DNA from: Candidatus Omnitrophota bacterium
Lineage (GTDB): Bacteria > Omnitrophota > Gorgyraeia > Zapsychrales > JANLHA01
DNA length: 64,000 nt
Assembly: GCA_038222225.1 (NCBI GenBank)
Contig: JBBRHV010000007.1
Coordinates: 27 to 64,026, forward strand
Reading direction: 5' to 3'
Shown one piece after another: positions 38,259 to 47,724 of this stretch. Position 1 is the first letter of the stretch. Each line of letters opens with the position of its first letter. The position numbers were made by a program, and so were the translations under genes. The notes beneath the pieces are model-generated. The model did no database searches and was not told where the DNA came from. It saw nothing but the letters and a program-made list of their open reading frames with translations.

Positions 38259-38989
38259 AGTTCATTCATCAAATTTGATAAATACCCCAAGGTGGAAACC
38301 ACTTTTTCATAATTCATTCTGGAAGGACCTAGAACCGCCAAACGGCCAGTCCGTCCGTCATGCAGAGAATACTGTGAAATCGCCACCGCGCATTCACTCA
38401 TTTCCTTACAGGCAAGTTCCTGCCCGATAAAAACCTGAACCCGCTTTTGCAATTCACAATTGATCAGCAAGATCAGCTGTTCTTTCTCCTCAAGAACCGA
38501 CAAAATACTACGAATTTTTTGAATGTCTTGATAATCGGGATATTCCACGACAAAACGCCGCCCGCTGCAGAAAACCAAATCATGACTTCCATCCACGCTT
38601 ACGATGCTCGTATACTGAGTCAAATCCGAGATCATCTGTGTCGTTTTTTCCAGCATCCGTTCAAGATTCCGGGTTTCTTCCTCATATTCTTTTTTTATAG
38701 TTTCCTTCTGCTCTTCCAGCAGGGAAATTTCATTCATGATGTTATCCACATAAAAACGATACCCGTCCTGTGTCGGCAACCGGCCAGCGGACGTGTGCGG
38801 ATGAGTCAAAAACCCCTCAACTTCAAGCTCCGCGAGAATATTACGGATCGTGGCCGGACTCACATCTAGAAAATAACTCTTGGCAATATAAGACGAACTC
38901 ACTGGAGTCGCAGCACGGATGTATTCATTGACCACAATGCCCAAGACCCGCTCTTTGCGTTCTTGATAGATCGATTGCTTTGTTGTCAT
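38255..38989 (-). CDS. hrcA: Heat-inducible transcription repressor HrcA.
   Basis: The HrcA N-terminus ERKERVLGIVVNEYIRAATPVSSSYIA is present. The start is taken at MTTKQS, downstream of an AGGAG RBS. Confidence 0.85.
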   Translation of the reverse strand: MTTKQSIYQERKERVLGIVVNEYIRAATPVSSSYIAKSYFLDVSPATIRNILAELEVEGFLTHPHTSAGRLPTQDGYRFYVDNIMNEISLLEEQKETIKKEYEEETRNLERMLEKTTQMISDLTQYTSIVSVDGSHDLVFCSGRRFVVEYPDYQDIQKIRSILSVLEEKEQLILLINCELQKRVQVFIGQELACKEMSECAVAISQYSLHDGRTGRLAVLGPSRMNYEKVVSTLGYLSNLMNEL

Positions 38990-39042
38990 ACCCCCCCAAC
39001 TCCTCTTAAATATTTCGCCCCTGACGTTTCTTTTGAAAATTT

Positions 39043-39069
39043 TAGCACTCAAATAATGAGATTGCTAAA
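39043..39069. promoter_or_regulatory. CIRCE operator (TTAGCACTC-N9-GATTGCTAA) for HrcA.
   Basis: It matches the consensus TTAGCACTC-N9-GAGTGCTAA with one mismatch. It lies 7 bp downstream of the -10 box and 54 bp upstream of the hrcA start. Confidence 0.8.
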
Positions 39070-39075
39070 GCGCTA

Positions 39076-39103
39076 TTATAACAAAAAAGTTCTGCTTGTC
39101 AAT
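39076..39103 (-). promoter_or_regulatory. Consensus sigma-A promoter of the hrcA-grpE-dnaK-dnaJ operon (TTGACA-N16-TATAAT).
   Basis: The minus strand carries -35 TTGACA (39103-39098), a 16-nt spacer, and -10 TATAAT (39081-39076). It lies immediately upstream of the CIRCE site. Confidence 0.6.
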
Positions 39104-39157
39104 CTCTGACAGGCGGGCTCTATCAAAAACATAACCTACTCAAATTAAATGGGTTAA

Positions 39158-39844
39158 CTATTTCTGGTCTTCTTTGAGGCGAGACACACAAGCACTCACG
39201 ATCAGCATATCTTCCAAAAAATTTTCGATCAAAGGCACATTATTGCGTAAATCTGAAATAGACGGATTCAGATCTCCTGGCGGATAAAAACGCAAAAAAA
39301 TGATTCCATCAACAATTTCCAAAGACAAAGAGGGCTTGCCCCGCTGATCCCGATTTTTATACTTCCCGAAAATACGAGCTACCGCCTCATCTGCGAAAAG
39401 CCGACTTGCCAGATCCGGCATATTAGAGAATGCACTAAACTCTTTCAGACTTGCCGGAAGCTGAACTATGCTGGCCCGCCAACTGTCCTCTTCATGCGCG
39501 ACATCTCCAAATGCCGGCGAATTAGAACGGATTTGAGTGCGCAGGCGCTCAGTAATACTCAATGTCAAATCAAGCGGAGTTTGAAGCTTGAGATACCCTC
39601 GATACTGCGCCTTATCTGAAATTTTATCCTCAATATCTTCATAGCTGAATTGCTGATGCCGATATTCAAATTCCAAACAATAACAATTCGGACGCGCCTC
39701 GATCTGTGAGATCTTTGCATCCAAAAGCTTGACCAAGGCCTCCAGATGCCTTTTTCGCTGATCTTTGTTGGTCAAAAAATCACTGCTTAAAAATGCGATT
39801 CCTCCAACACACGCCAAAACAATCATAATAATAATAGGACTCAT
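39158..39844 (-). CDS. Hypothetical membrane-anchored protein located between clpB and hrcA.
   Basis: An N-terminal TM helix (MSPIIIMIVLACVGGIAFL) and a GGGAG RBS are present. No recognisable domain was found. Confidence 0.5.
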   Translation of the reverse strand: MSPIIIMIVLACVGGIAFLSSDFLTNKDQRKRHLEALVKLLDAKISQIEARPNCYCLEFEYRHQQFSYEDIEDKISDKAQYRGYLKLQTPLDLTLSITERLRTQIRSNSPAFGDVAHEEDSWRASIVQLPASLKEFSAFSNMPDLASRLFADEAVARIFGKYKNRDQRGKPSLSLEIVDGIIFLRFYPPGDLNPSISDLRNNVPLIENFLEDMLIVSACVSRLKEDQK

Positions 39845-39956
39845 AATTTCTCCCTATTGTAACCGATGTGCCAAAAGTATAACCCCATTTTTAAATTTTT
39901 AAAAGAGTTTTTTACAAATCCTTTTTGTCAAAGAACGATTTTTCCCTTCCTCCCGA

Positions 39957-42530
39957 TTAAACAGAAACCAGTTCCAAGCCTGCCTTGCCACAACTGACCG
40001 AAACCCGCTGATGATCCTGAATCGCGCCCTTTAACAATGCCAGGGCAATTCTGTCTTGCACGTTTTTTTGAATAACGCGCTTCAGCGGACGGGCTCCATA
40101 AGCCGGGTCAAATCCATGTTCCACCAGCCATTCCTTTGCCGCCGGCAAAACCTCTAGCTCAATATGACGGCCCTTCAAACGTTCCTGCACTTCTGCCAGC
40201 TGAATATCCACAATGTGAATGAGATCTGTTTTCTGAAGACGGTTGAAAATGATCGTTTCATCCACACGATTCAGAAACTCCGGACGAAAACAGCCCTTCA
40301 ATGAATCCTGAATATGCTTATGGATCTGCGCACGGTCTTCCAAATTCGCGATCTCTTCAGAGCCAATATTGGATGTCATAATAATGATCGTGTTTTTAAA
40401 ATTCACAATGCGCCCCTGACCGTCGGTCAGGCGCCCGTCATCCAGGATCTGCAAAAGAACATTGAAGACATCCGGATGCGCTTTCTCGATTTCATCCAAA
40501 AGGACGACTGAATACGGCCGACGGCGAACCGCCTCGGTCAACTGCCCGCCTTCATCATACCCGACATATCCCGGCGGCGCCCCTATTAAGCGCGATACAG
40601 AATGTTTCTCCATGTATTCGGTCATATCGATCCGCACCATGGCCTCCGAATCATCAAACAGAAACCATGCCAGCGAGCGAGCCAACTCCGTCTTCCCCAC
40701 ACCCGTTGGGCCGACAAAAATAAACGAACCAATCGGGCGCTTGGGATCACTTAAACCTGTGCGAGACCGGCGGATACTGGCTGAAACCAATTCAATGGCC
40801 TCCTCTTGCCCGACAACCTTAGACCGCAGGCCTTCTTCAATATGGATCAGTTTTTCCGTTTCGCCTTCCATCAATTTTGAAAGCGGGATTTTTGTCCACT
40901 TCGAAACGATCTGCGCAATATCCTCCTCATCCACTTCTTCCTTTAAAAGTGAACCCGCCTGCTGAATCCGCAGAAGCTTTTCATTCTGAGCCTTCATTTG
41001 TTTCTCTAATTCGATCAGCTTTCCGTAACGGATTTCCGCCACGCGGCCCAATTCGCCCTGTTTTTCAAATTGAGCAGCCTTATGCTTAAGCTCTTCCTCC
41101 TCAGCCTTAATCTTTTGAATCCGCTCAATGACATCCTTCTCTCCCTGCCATCGCAAGCGTAACGCCTGATAACCTTCTTTTAACTGAACCACCTCAGCAT
41201 CCAGCTTTTCCAGACGCTCCTTGGACGCGGCGTCTTTTTCTTTCTTTAATGCTTGTCGCTCAATCTCCAATTGCCGTATCCGGCGTTCAGCGGCATCTAA
41301 TTCCTGCGGCATAGAGTCAATTTCAATCCTCAAGCGGGAAGCCGCCTCGTCGATCAAATCAATGGCCTTATCCGGCAAAAACCGTTCCGTAATATAACGG
41401 TCCGACATGGTGGCCGCAGCGATCAACGCCGCGTCCTGTATGCGCACTCCATGATGCACCTCATAACGCTCTTTAAGCCCGCGCAAAATAGCGATCGTAT
41501 CCTCCACGCTGGGCTGGCTCACAATGACCGGCTGAAACCTTCGTTCCAAAGCCGCATCTTTTTCAATATACTGACGGTATTCATCCAGAGTAGTCGCGCC
41601 GATACAACGCAAGAGCCCCCGGGCCAAAGCCGGTTTCAAAAGATTGCCCGCATCGATGGCGCCGTCCGCTTTCCCGGTTCCGACGATGGTATGCAATTCA
41701 TCAATGAAAAGAACAATCTCTCCATCCTTGGATTCCACCTCTTTCAAAACAGCCTTCAGCCGCTCTTCAAATTCTCCCCGGAATTTAGCCCCGGCAATCA
41801 GCGCGCCCATATCAAGGACCATTAATTTCTTGTTCTTCAATCCTTCCGGCACATCCCCTTCAAAAATGCGCTGGGCCAGCCCTTCCACAATGGCGGTTTT
41901 TCCGACGCCAGGCTCACCGATCAGCACCGGATTATTTTTTGTCCGCCGGGAAAGAACTTGGATCAGCCGGCGTATTTCCTCATCCCGACCGATCACAGGA
42001 TCCAATTTTCCCTGGCTGGCAAGTTCCGTGAGATCACGGGCATATTTTTCAAGCGCCTGATATCTCTCTTCGGAATTCTGATCTGTGACTTTTTGTCCGC
42101 CGCGAACACCCTTAAGGATCGAAAGGATATCGTTCTCCCGAATGCCGTGTCTGCGCAAAAATTGCGACACCGCATTGGACTCTTCCTTAAACAGCGCCAG
42201 CAGCACGTGCTCCTGAGTGACATACTCATCCTGCATGCGGCTGGCCTGATTTTGCGCCTCCAGTAACACGCCGTTCAAGCGCTGTGATAAAAAAGGCGCC
42301 GTCCCTTCCACTTTCGGCCGACGGGAAATCTCTTCCTGGCATATCCGTTGAACTTCAGCAAGATCAACTCCCAAACGGGACAAGATCGTCGCCGCCACGC
42401 CCTTGGGTTCTTGCAAAAAGGCTATCATCAGATGCTCGATGTCGACCTGCTGCTGACTGTGTCCTTGAGCGATCTGGATCGCCTGCTGAAGACTTTCCTG
42501 ACTTTTCATTGTGAACTTATCAAATTGCAT
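39957..42530 (-). CDS. clpB: Chaperone disaggregase ClpB.
   Basis: A Clp N-domain, two AAA+ modules ([16 protein letters not shown]) and a long coiled-coil M-domain are present. Confidence 0.95.
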   Translation of the reverse strand: MQFDKFTMKSQESLQQAIQIAQGHSQQQVDIEHLMIAFLQEPKGVAATILSRLGVDLAEVQRICQEEISRRPKVEGTAPFLSQRLNGVLLEAQNQASRMQDEYVTQEHVLLALFKEESNAVSQFLRRHGIRENDILSILKGVRGGQKVTDQNSEERYQALEKYARDLTELASQGKLDPVIGRDEEIRRLIQVLSRRTKNNPVLIGEPGVGKTAIVEGLAQRIFEGDVPEGLKNKKLMVLDMGALIAGAKFRGEFEERLKAVLKEVESKDGEIVLFIDELHTIVGTGKADGAIDAGNLLKPALARGLLRCIGATTLDEYRQYIEKDAALERRFQPVIVSQPSVEDTIAILRGLKERYEVHHGVRIQDAALIAAATMSDRYITERFLPDKAIDLIDEAASRLRIEIDSMPQELDAAERRIRQLEIERQALKKEKDAASKERLEKLDAEVVQLKEGYQALRLRWQGEKDVIERIQKIKAEEEELKHKAAQFEKQGELGRVAEIRYGKLIELEKQMKAQNEKLLRIQQAGSLLKEEVDEEDIAQIVSKWTKIPLSKLMEGETEKLIHIEEGLRSKVVGQEEAIELVSASIRRSRTGLSDPKRPIGSFIFVGPTGVGKTELARSLAWFLFDDSEAMVRIDMTEYMEKHSVSRLIGAPPGYVGYDEGGQLTEAVRRRPYSVVLLDEIEKAHPDVFNVLLQILDDGRLTDGQGRIVNFKNTIIIMTSNIGSEEIANLEDRAQIHKHIQDSLKGCFRPEFLNRVDETIIFNRLQKTDLIHIVDIQLAEVQERLKGRHIELEVLPAAKEWLVEHGFDPAYGARPLKRVIQKNVQDRIALALLKGAIQDHQRVSVSCGKAGLELVSV

Positions 42531-42569
42531 AACGGGTCCTTATTACGCGGTTTAATGATCAACGGTTTT

Positions 42570-42596
42570 CTGGCACTCTAGCCACTCGAGTGCCAA
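42570..42596. promoter_or_regulatory. CIRCE-like inverted repeat (CTGGCACTC-N9-GAGTGCCAA) upstream of clpB.
   Basis: The core GCACTC-N9-GAGTGC is identical to CIRCE. It lies 40 bp upstream of the clpB start. Confidence 0.6.
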
Positions 42597-42614
42597 ATCA
42601 CATCCAAAAAATTT

Positions 42615-42893
42615 TTACCCCTTGTCTTCTATCGTCAAAATAATCTTAATTCCGCTCAAATTCACTCTCTTTTCACCCATCAAATAATGAACATAATTTA
42701 AAACCTTAATCTGTTCCTTCGAATAACACCGGGTACATTTGCCAATCCGTTTCGGTGAAACAATGCCCATATCATCCAGTTTCCGCAACGTCCAAATCGG
42801 AATATCCACGATGCGACTCACAACCCCGATAATAAAAACCGGTTCATTTGGGTCCAGCTCAATATCAAATTGTTCAACATCAAAGTCTTCCAT
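42615..42893 (-). CDS. MerR-family HTH regulator, HspR-like.
   Basis: PVFIIGVVSRIVDIPIWTLRKLDDMGIVSPKR ... VNLSGIKIIL resembles HspR (VNLAGVKRIL). The start is taken at Met 42893 with an AGGAG RBS 7 nt upstream. Confidence 0.65.
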   Translation of the reverse strand: MEDFDVEQFDIELDPNEPVFIIGVVSRIVDIPIWTLRKLDDMGIVSPKRIGKCTRCYSKEQIKVLNYVHYLMGEKRVNLSGIKIILTIEDKG

Positions 42894-43142
42894 AAGCAAT
42901 CTCCTGAGCTCACTAGAAATATAACACAAGCTAACTATAATGTCAAGGTTATCTACCAAAAATATTTAGATAAGCTAACTATTAGACATTTGCGCCCCGC
43001 GTTCCTTACATTCTTTTAAGCCATCTCGCCCGCCTCCTTCTTAAGCGCTGCCTTCTCTAAAATAATAACGACAAGTCACGGAATGCATTCCCGAATATTT
43101 ATATTGATAAAATCTTATATTCAGATATAACTAAGATAAATA

Positions 43143-44297
43143 TTGCCGTTTAAAACTATGAATCAATCAAACCCCCAACTCAGCATTATCTTGCCCTGCC
43201 TCAATGAAGAATCTGGCCTGAAGTCTTCTTTAGACCATATTCTCACGGTCATTGAACGGCACCGGCTCTCGGTAGAAATCCTTGTTGTCGACAACGGCTC
43301 AACCGATAACAGCCGCGCGATCGCAAAACAATTCCCCTCGGTTAAACTTCTGGAGGAAAGCGAACGCGGATACGGGGCCGCCTGCCGGGCCGGCCTCAAA
43401 GCATCCGGCGGAACATTTTTACTGATTGCTGACTGTGACGGAAGTTATGATTTTGACCACCTCCCCCTCTTTCTCGACAACCTCTCTCAAGGATATGATT
43501 TTGTCATCGGCAACCGTTTTGCCGGCCACATGCATAAAAACGCCATGCCCTGGGCTCATCGCTACATCGGAAACCCCATCCTGTCCGGACTGCTGCGGCT
43601 TTTTTTTCGCTCCTCAATTCAGGACTCTCACTGCGGACTGCGCGGCATCACGCGTACGGCGCTTGACCGTCTTAATCTGCGTACCGTCGGCATGGAATTC
43701 GCCTCTGAAATGGTAATCAAAGCTGAAAAACTAAAATTAAAAATCGCCCAAGTCCCGGTGAATTACAATCAACGCTTAGGCCGTTCCAAGCTGAAATCAC
43801 TGAGTGACGGTTGGCGCCATTTGCGTTTTATGCTCCTCTACAGCCCGCTTTTTCTTTTTTTTCTGCCCGGAGCAGGAATGTTCTGTATCGGCATACTGGG
43901 ATTTTTCTTAAGTTATTTTGAGCTTATTCAAATCGGCACTATCCGTTTTCAAGAACACCCCCTTTTTGTCTTTGCCCTTTTCATCATCATTGGTTATCAG
44001 CTGATCATTTTTTCTCTCTTTGCAAAAACATATGCTATCACCCACTTTGATGAACCCCCCATTTTTGAAAAATTTTATCATTATATCACCATTGAACACG
44101 TCGGGATTTTTGGGATTCTTTTTACCGTATTCGGCGCCGGAATTTATTGGGGAATTCTTCAGAAATGGCTCCATATGCATTTCGGCCCTCTGAATGAAAT
44201 TAAAAATGCGATTCTCGCGCTGCTGCTCATGACCGTCGGGATGCAGACCCTGTTTTCATCCTTTATGCTCAGCATCTTGGGGATTAAAGAAAAATGA
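43143..44297 (+). CDS. Polyprenyl-phosphate sugar synthase, GT2 (GtrB/ArnC/DPM1-like) with C-terminal TM helices.
   Basis: LSIILPCLNEE, VVDNGSTD and IADCDGS (DxD) are present, with 3-4 C-terminal TM segments. Confidence 0.8.
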   Translation: MPFKTMNQSNPQLSIILPCLNEESGLKSSLDHILTVIERHRLSVEILVVDNGSTDNSRAIAKQFPSVKLLEESERGYGAACRAGLKASGGTFLLIADCDGSYDFDHLPLFLDNLSQGYDFVIGNRFAGHMHKNAMPWAHRYIGNPILSGLLRLFFRSSIQDSHCGLRGITRTALDRLNLRTVGMEFASEMVIKAEKLKLKIAQVPVNYNQRLGRSKLKSLSDGWRHLRFMLLYSPLFLFFLPGAGMFCIGILGFFLSYFELIQIGTIRFQEHPLFVFALFIIIGYQLIIFSLFAKTYAITHFDEPPIFEKFYHYITIEHVGIFGILFTVFGAGIYWGILQKWLHMHFGPLNEIKNAILALLLMTVGMQTLFSSFMLSILGIKEK

Positions 44298-44319
44298 CAT
44301 TTTATACATCGGCCTCTTT

Positions 44320-45408
44320 ATGAACATCGCGATCTTTCATAATTTCATGGATAATATCGGCGGGGCAGAAATCGTCACGCTGATCCTGTCCCGAGAGCTC
44401 CAAGCCGATATCTACACGACCACTATTGATCGCGACAAAATCCGCAAGATGGGATTTTCCTCTGACAACATTTACTCCATCGGAAACGTCCCGATCAATG
44501 CCCCGTTCCGTCAGCAAATCGCTCTCTGGCATTTTCGCCGTCTCAACCTGACAAACTGCTATGATTTTTTTATTATTGCCGGCGATTGGGCGATGTCTGC
44601 GGCCGTTCACAATAAACCCAATCTCTGGTACGTCCATTCTCCGATTCGGGAGATCTGGGACCTCTGCGCCTATATACGGAAAAACTTGGTCCATCCTTTC
44701 AAGCGTCCCCTGTTTGACCTGTGGGCGTCCTATAACCGAACCCTCAATCGATCCTATGTCCGTCATGTCGATCAATTGGCCTGCAACTCGCATAATACCG
44801 CTGCCCGCGTCAAAAAATATCTTAACCGCGAGGCAAAAGTCATCCACCCCCCCGTTGAGACAAAACGCTACCAATGTCTTGCGCCTGAAAACTATTGGCT
44901 TTCCGTCAACCGCCTCATTGGCCATAAACGCGTCAACCTCCAGATGGACGCCTTTCGAAAACTACCGGATGAAAAACTCATCATTGTCGGAAGTTACGAA
45001 CAATCCCAGCATTTCCGATCTTATGCCGAAATGATACAGGCGCAAAAACCCGAAAATGTCACGGTCACCAGCTGGGTTGATTCTGACGAGCTGATCCGGC
45101 TCTATGCTCACTGCAAGGGCTTTATCGCCACCGCCGCCGATGAAGACTTCGGAATGACACTCGTTGAAGCCATGGCGTCAGGCAAGCCGGTGATCGCAGC
45201 CAACGAAGGCGGGTACCGTGAAACCGTGACACCGCAAACAGGCGTTCTGATCGATTCGATCGATGCCGGACAATTGGCCTCGGAAATTCAAAAAATGAAC
45301 GTCCTACTTAAAAAAGACCCCCATCATTATCAGCAGGCCTGTTTGGCTCAGACGAAAAAATTTGATACCAGTGAATTTATAAACAAGATCGGAAGTTTGC
45401 TGCCTTGA
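44320..45408 (+). CDS. Glycosyltransferase family 4 (GT-B fold).
   Basis: The C-terminal motif EDFGMTLVEAMASGKPVIA (the EX7E region) is present. Confidence 0.75.
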   Translation: MNIAIFHNFMDNIGGAEIVTLILSRELQADIYTTTIDRDKIRKMGFSSDNIYSIGNVPINAPFRQQIALWHFRRLNLTNCYDFFIIAGDWAMSAAVHNKPNLWYVHSPIREIWDLCAYIRKNLVHPFKRPLFDLWASYNRTLNRSYVRHVDQLACNSHNTAARVKKYLNREAKVIHPPVETKRYQCLAPENYWLSVNRLIGHKRVNLQMDAFRKLPDEKLIIVGSYEQSQHFRSYAEMIQAQKPENVTVTSWVDSDELIRLYAHCKGFIATAADEDFGMTLVEAMASGKPVIAANEGGYRETVTPQTGVLIDSIDAGQLASEIQKMNVLLKKDPHHYQQACLAQTKKFDTSEFINKIGSLLP

Positions 45409-45486
45409 GCGCTGTCTGCTGTGATGATACGAAGAAACAGTCGACTCGCGTGACCTGTTTTACAAATGCATCCCGCACGCGTTTTT

Positions 45487-47712
45487 TCATGGAACGTCTG
45501 GAGTTTTCTCTAAATTGTTGATGCGTTCAGCGCTGACCGGAGCCCCCAACTGCTGCGCCTTCAAGACGTCTTCAGAGGCGCTGGAATTATTCCCGAGAAT
45601 CTCATAACAGATCGCGCGTTGCAGATAGACATCAGCACGTCGAGGTTCCAAATTTAAAATATGAGTAAAATCAGCAATCGCGTTTTCGCATTGCCCTTGG
45701 GTCCTATAAATCAGGCCTCGATTAAGATACGCCTCCGGAGTCCCCTCTAGCTCGATCGCCCTGGTATAACTTTCAATAGCCTCCGTCCATTTCTCAAACG
45801 ACGCAAAAAGATTCCCGCGATTATAATACAAAAGGGCAAACTGTGGATTCAGTTGAATGGCATACGAAAAATCCGACAACGCCAAATCATACTGCCTTGT
45901 CGCGTTATATAACGTGGCGCGATTATTATATGCCTCAACGAGATCGGGCTTTACCTCGATAGCCTTTGAATAATAAACGATCGCCTCATCATAACGTCCC
46001 TCTTCTTTGTAAGCATTCGCAAGATTATTACAGATCTCTGCCCGCGGTCCTCCCGAATCCAACGCGGTCTTATACGCCTCTCTGGCCTCTTCATATCGCC
46101 GCTGAGCCTTCAGCGCATTTCCTTTTCCAAAATAGGCCAAGGCATAATGCGGCTGAAGATTCGCCGCCTTATTATAAAATTGCTCCGCAAGGTGAAACTG
46201 ACGCTCTTCAAAATATAAGTTGCCCCAGTTGTAGTAGGTCGGCCCATACTGGCTGTTTAATTTTCTCGCCATATGATAATCCAAATAGGCCTTGGGATGG
46301 TCTTTTAACGCCCTATAGACATTCGCCCGATTTAAAATGGCCAACGAATTTTGCGGACTGATCTCAACTGCCCGATTCAAAACCTCCAATGCTCGCTCGT
46401 ATTCCTTTTGATCATAATACGCCATGCCTAAATTAATATAAGGCCGGTCTTTCAAAGGCGACTTTTGCACCGCATCTTCCCACAATGACACAGGGCTCCG
46501 CCAAACCGCATTACGCTGATAAGCCAGCCATGACAAAACACCGATCACAACAGCGCTTAACGCAATCAAATATTTTTTGTCCGTGCAGACATTCCCGAGC
46601 CCCACAACCCCGAATATGATAAGCCCGACTGACGGCAAATAAAGCCGATGCTCAAAAATGACATCCAGCAAAGGAATAAAGCTGGATTCAACCGCAATCG
46701 TAATAAAAAACCAGACGATCCCAAACGAGAGCAAACGGTTCTTTTTAAATAAACCGATGGCCATGATCCATAACATGACCAAAGCCAAAAAACTCAGTGC
46801 CGTCGGGATTTCAAACAAACTATGCGATAAAGGATAATCATAATCCAGATTCTGGTGAACCGGCAGGATCATCAACCGAAGATAGGTCATCAGCACTCGA
46901 AACTGCGTTAGCAAATAACTCTTCCACCCCGGCCCCCGGCCGATAAGCTGCATTTCAGAAATTTGCTGAATGCTTTGCGGATAAACCGCATACGCCAATG
47001 CGATTACGGCTGCCACCGCCGTCATTCCGAGCATCAATCCTTTTCTGTTCAGCTTCGGCTGAAAATAGACCTCAAGCAATAACAGCATCACCGGAAGCGT
47101 AACAATATTTTCTTTTGTGAAATATCCCAGAATGCCGCAAAGCAAAATTCCAAACATATAAAACGCCTTACGGACTTGGCCGATCTGGTCTTTTTGAATG
47201 CGCACCTTCCAATATAGACAAACGGCCAACATATAAAAGAATGTCACCATTGCTGCCAGACGTTGAGAGATAAACGTGACCGCTTGCGTTTGAACCGGAT
47301 GGACCAAAAAAAGAGCGGCTGCCAAAAAAGCAACCATCTCTTTGTTCTGCCTCCAGCGTCCGTTCTGACAGGCCGAAGACTGCGGGCAAGACAACAGCAA
47401 TAACATAAACCAATAGACCAAAAACACGTTGAAAAGGTGGATGCAGAAATTCACAACATGATATCCCAGCACAGCCTCGCCGCCCATGGCATAACTCAAA
47501 GCAAAGGATAAGAACCCCACCCATCGTTTTGCCGTGTTGGGATCTTGCCATAACTCCTGAACGGTCTTCAGGCTCTTTACAACATAATTGTCATTGATAT
47601 AAATTTGATCATCAAACTGAAAAGGAACCTGAAATGTATTTGAATACACCGCAAAACCTAAACCGCACAAAAGCAAGAGACCCAAGATCTGTGAATGTAT
47701 TTTAAATTTCAT
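45487..47712 (-). CDS. Polytopic GT-C-fold membrane protein with a C-terminal TPR array (TMTC/PMT-like, DUF1736-type candidate polyprenyl-P-sugar-dependent glycosyltransferase).
   Basis: About 11 predicted TM helices, an FDDQIYINDN acidic motif in the first loop, and at least 8 TPR repeats (AYYNRGN..., AYFGKGN...) are present. Confidence 0.7.
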   Translation of the reverse strand: MKFKIHSQILGLLLLCGLGFAVYSNTFQVPFQFDDQIYINDNYVVKSLKTVQELWQDPNTAKRWVGFLSFALSYAMGGEAVLGYHVVNFCIHLFNVFLVYWFMLLLLSCPQSSACQNGRWRQNKEMVAFLAAALFLVHPVQTQAVTFISQRLAAMVTFFYMLAVCLYWKVRIQKDQIGQVRKAFYMFGILLCGILGYFTKENIVTLPVMLLLLEVYFQPKLNRKGLMLGMTAVAAVIALAYAVYPQSIQQISEMQLIGRGPGWKSYLLTQFRVLMTYLRLMILPVHQNLDYDYPLSHSLFEIPTALSFLALVMLWIMAIGLFKKNRLLSFGIVWFFITIAVESSFIPLLDVIFEHRLYLPSVGLIIFGVVGLGNVCTDKKYLIALSAVVIGVLSWLAYQRNAVWRSPVSLWEDAVQKSPLKDRPYINLGMAYYDQKEYERALEVLNRAVEISPQNSLAILNRANVYRALKDHPKAYLDYHMARKLNSQYGPTYYNWGNLYFEERQFHLAEQFYNKAANLQPHYALAYFGKGNALKAQRRYEEAREAYKTALDSGGPRAEICNNLANAYKEEGRYDEAIVYYSKAIEVKPDLVEAYNNRATLYNATRQYDLALSDFSYAIQLNPQFALLYYNRGNLFASFEKWTEAIESYTRAIELEGTPEAYLNRGLIYRTQGQCENAIADFTHILNLEPRRADVYLQRAICYEILGNNSSASEDVLKAQQLGAPVSAERINNLEKTPDVP

Positions 47713-47724
47713 GATATTAAAAGA

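Noticed and set aside
45447-45489. Possible bidirectional terminator between the convergent GT4 and TPR genes (CGCGTG ... CACGCG + T6).
   Set aside because: The stem is only 6 bp with a 23-nt loop, and the T-run overlaps the TPR gene stop codon. It is too weak to call.
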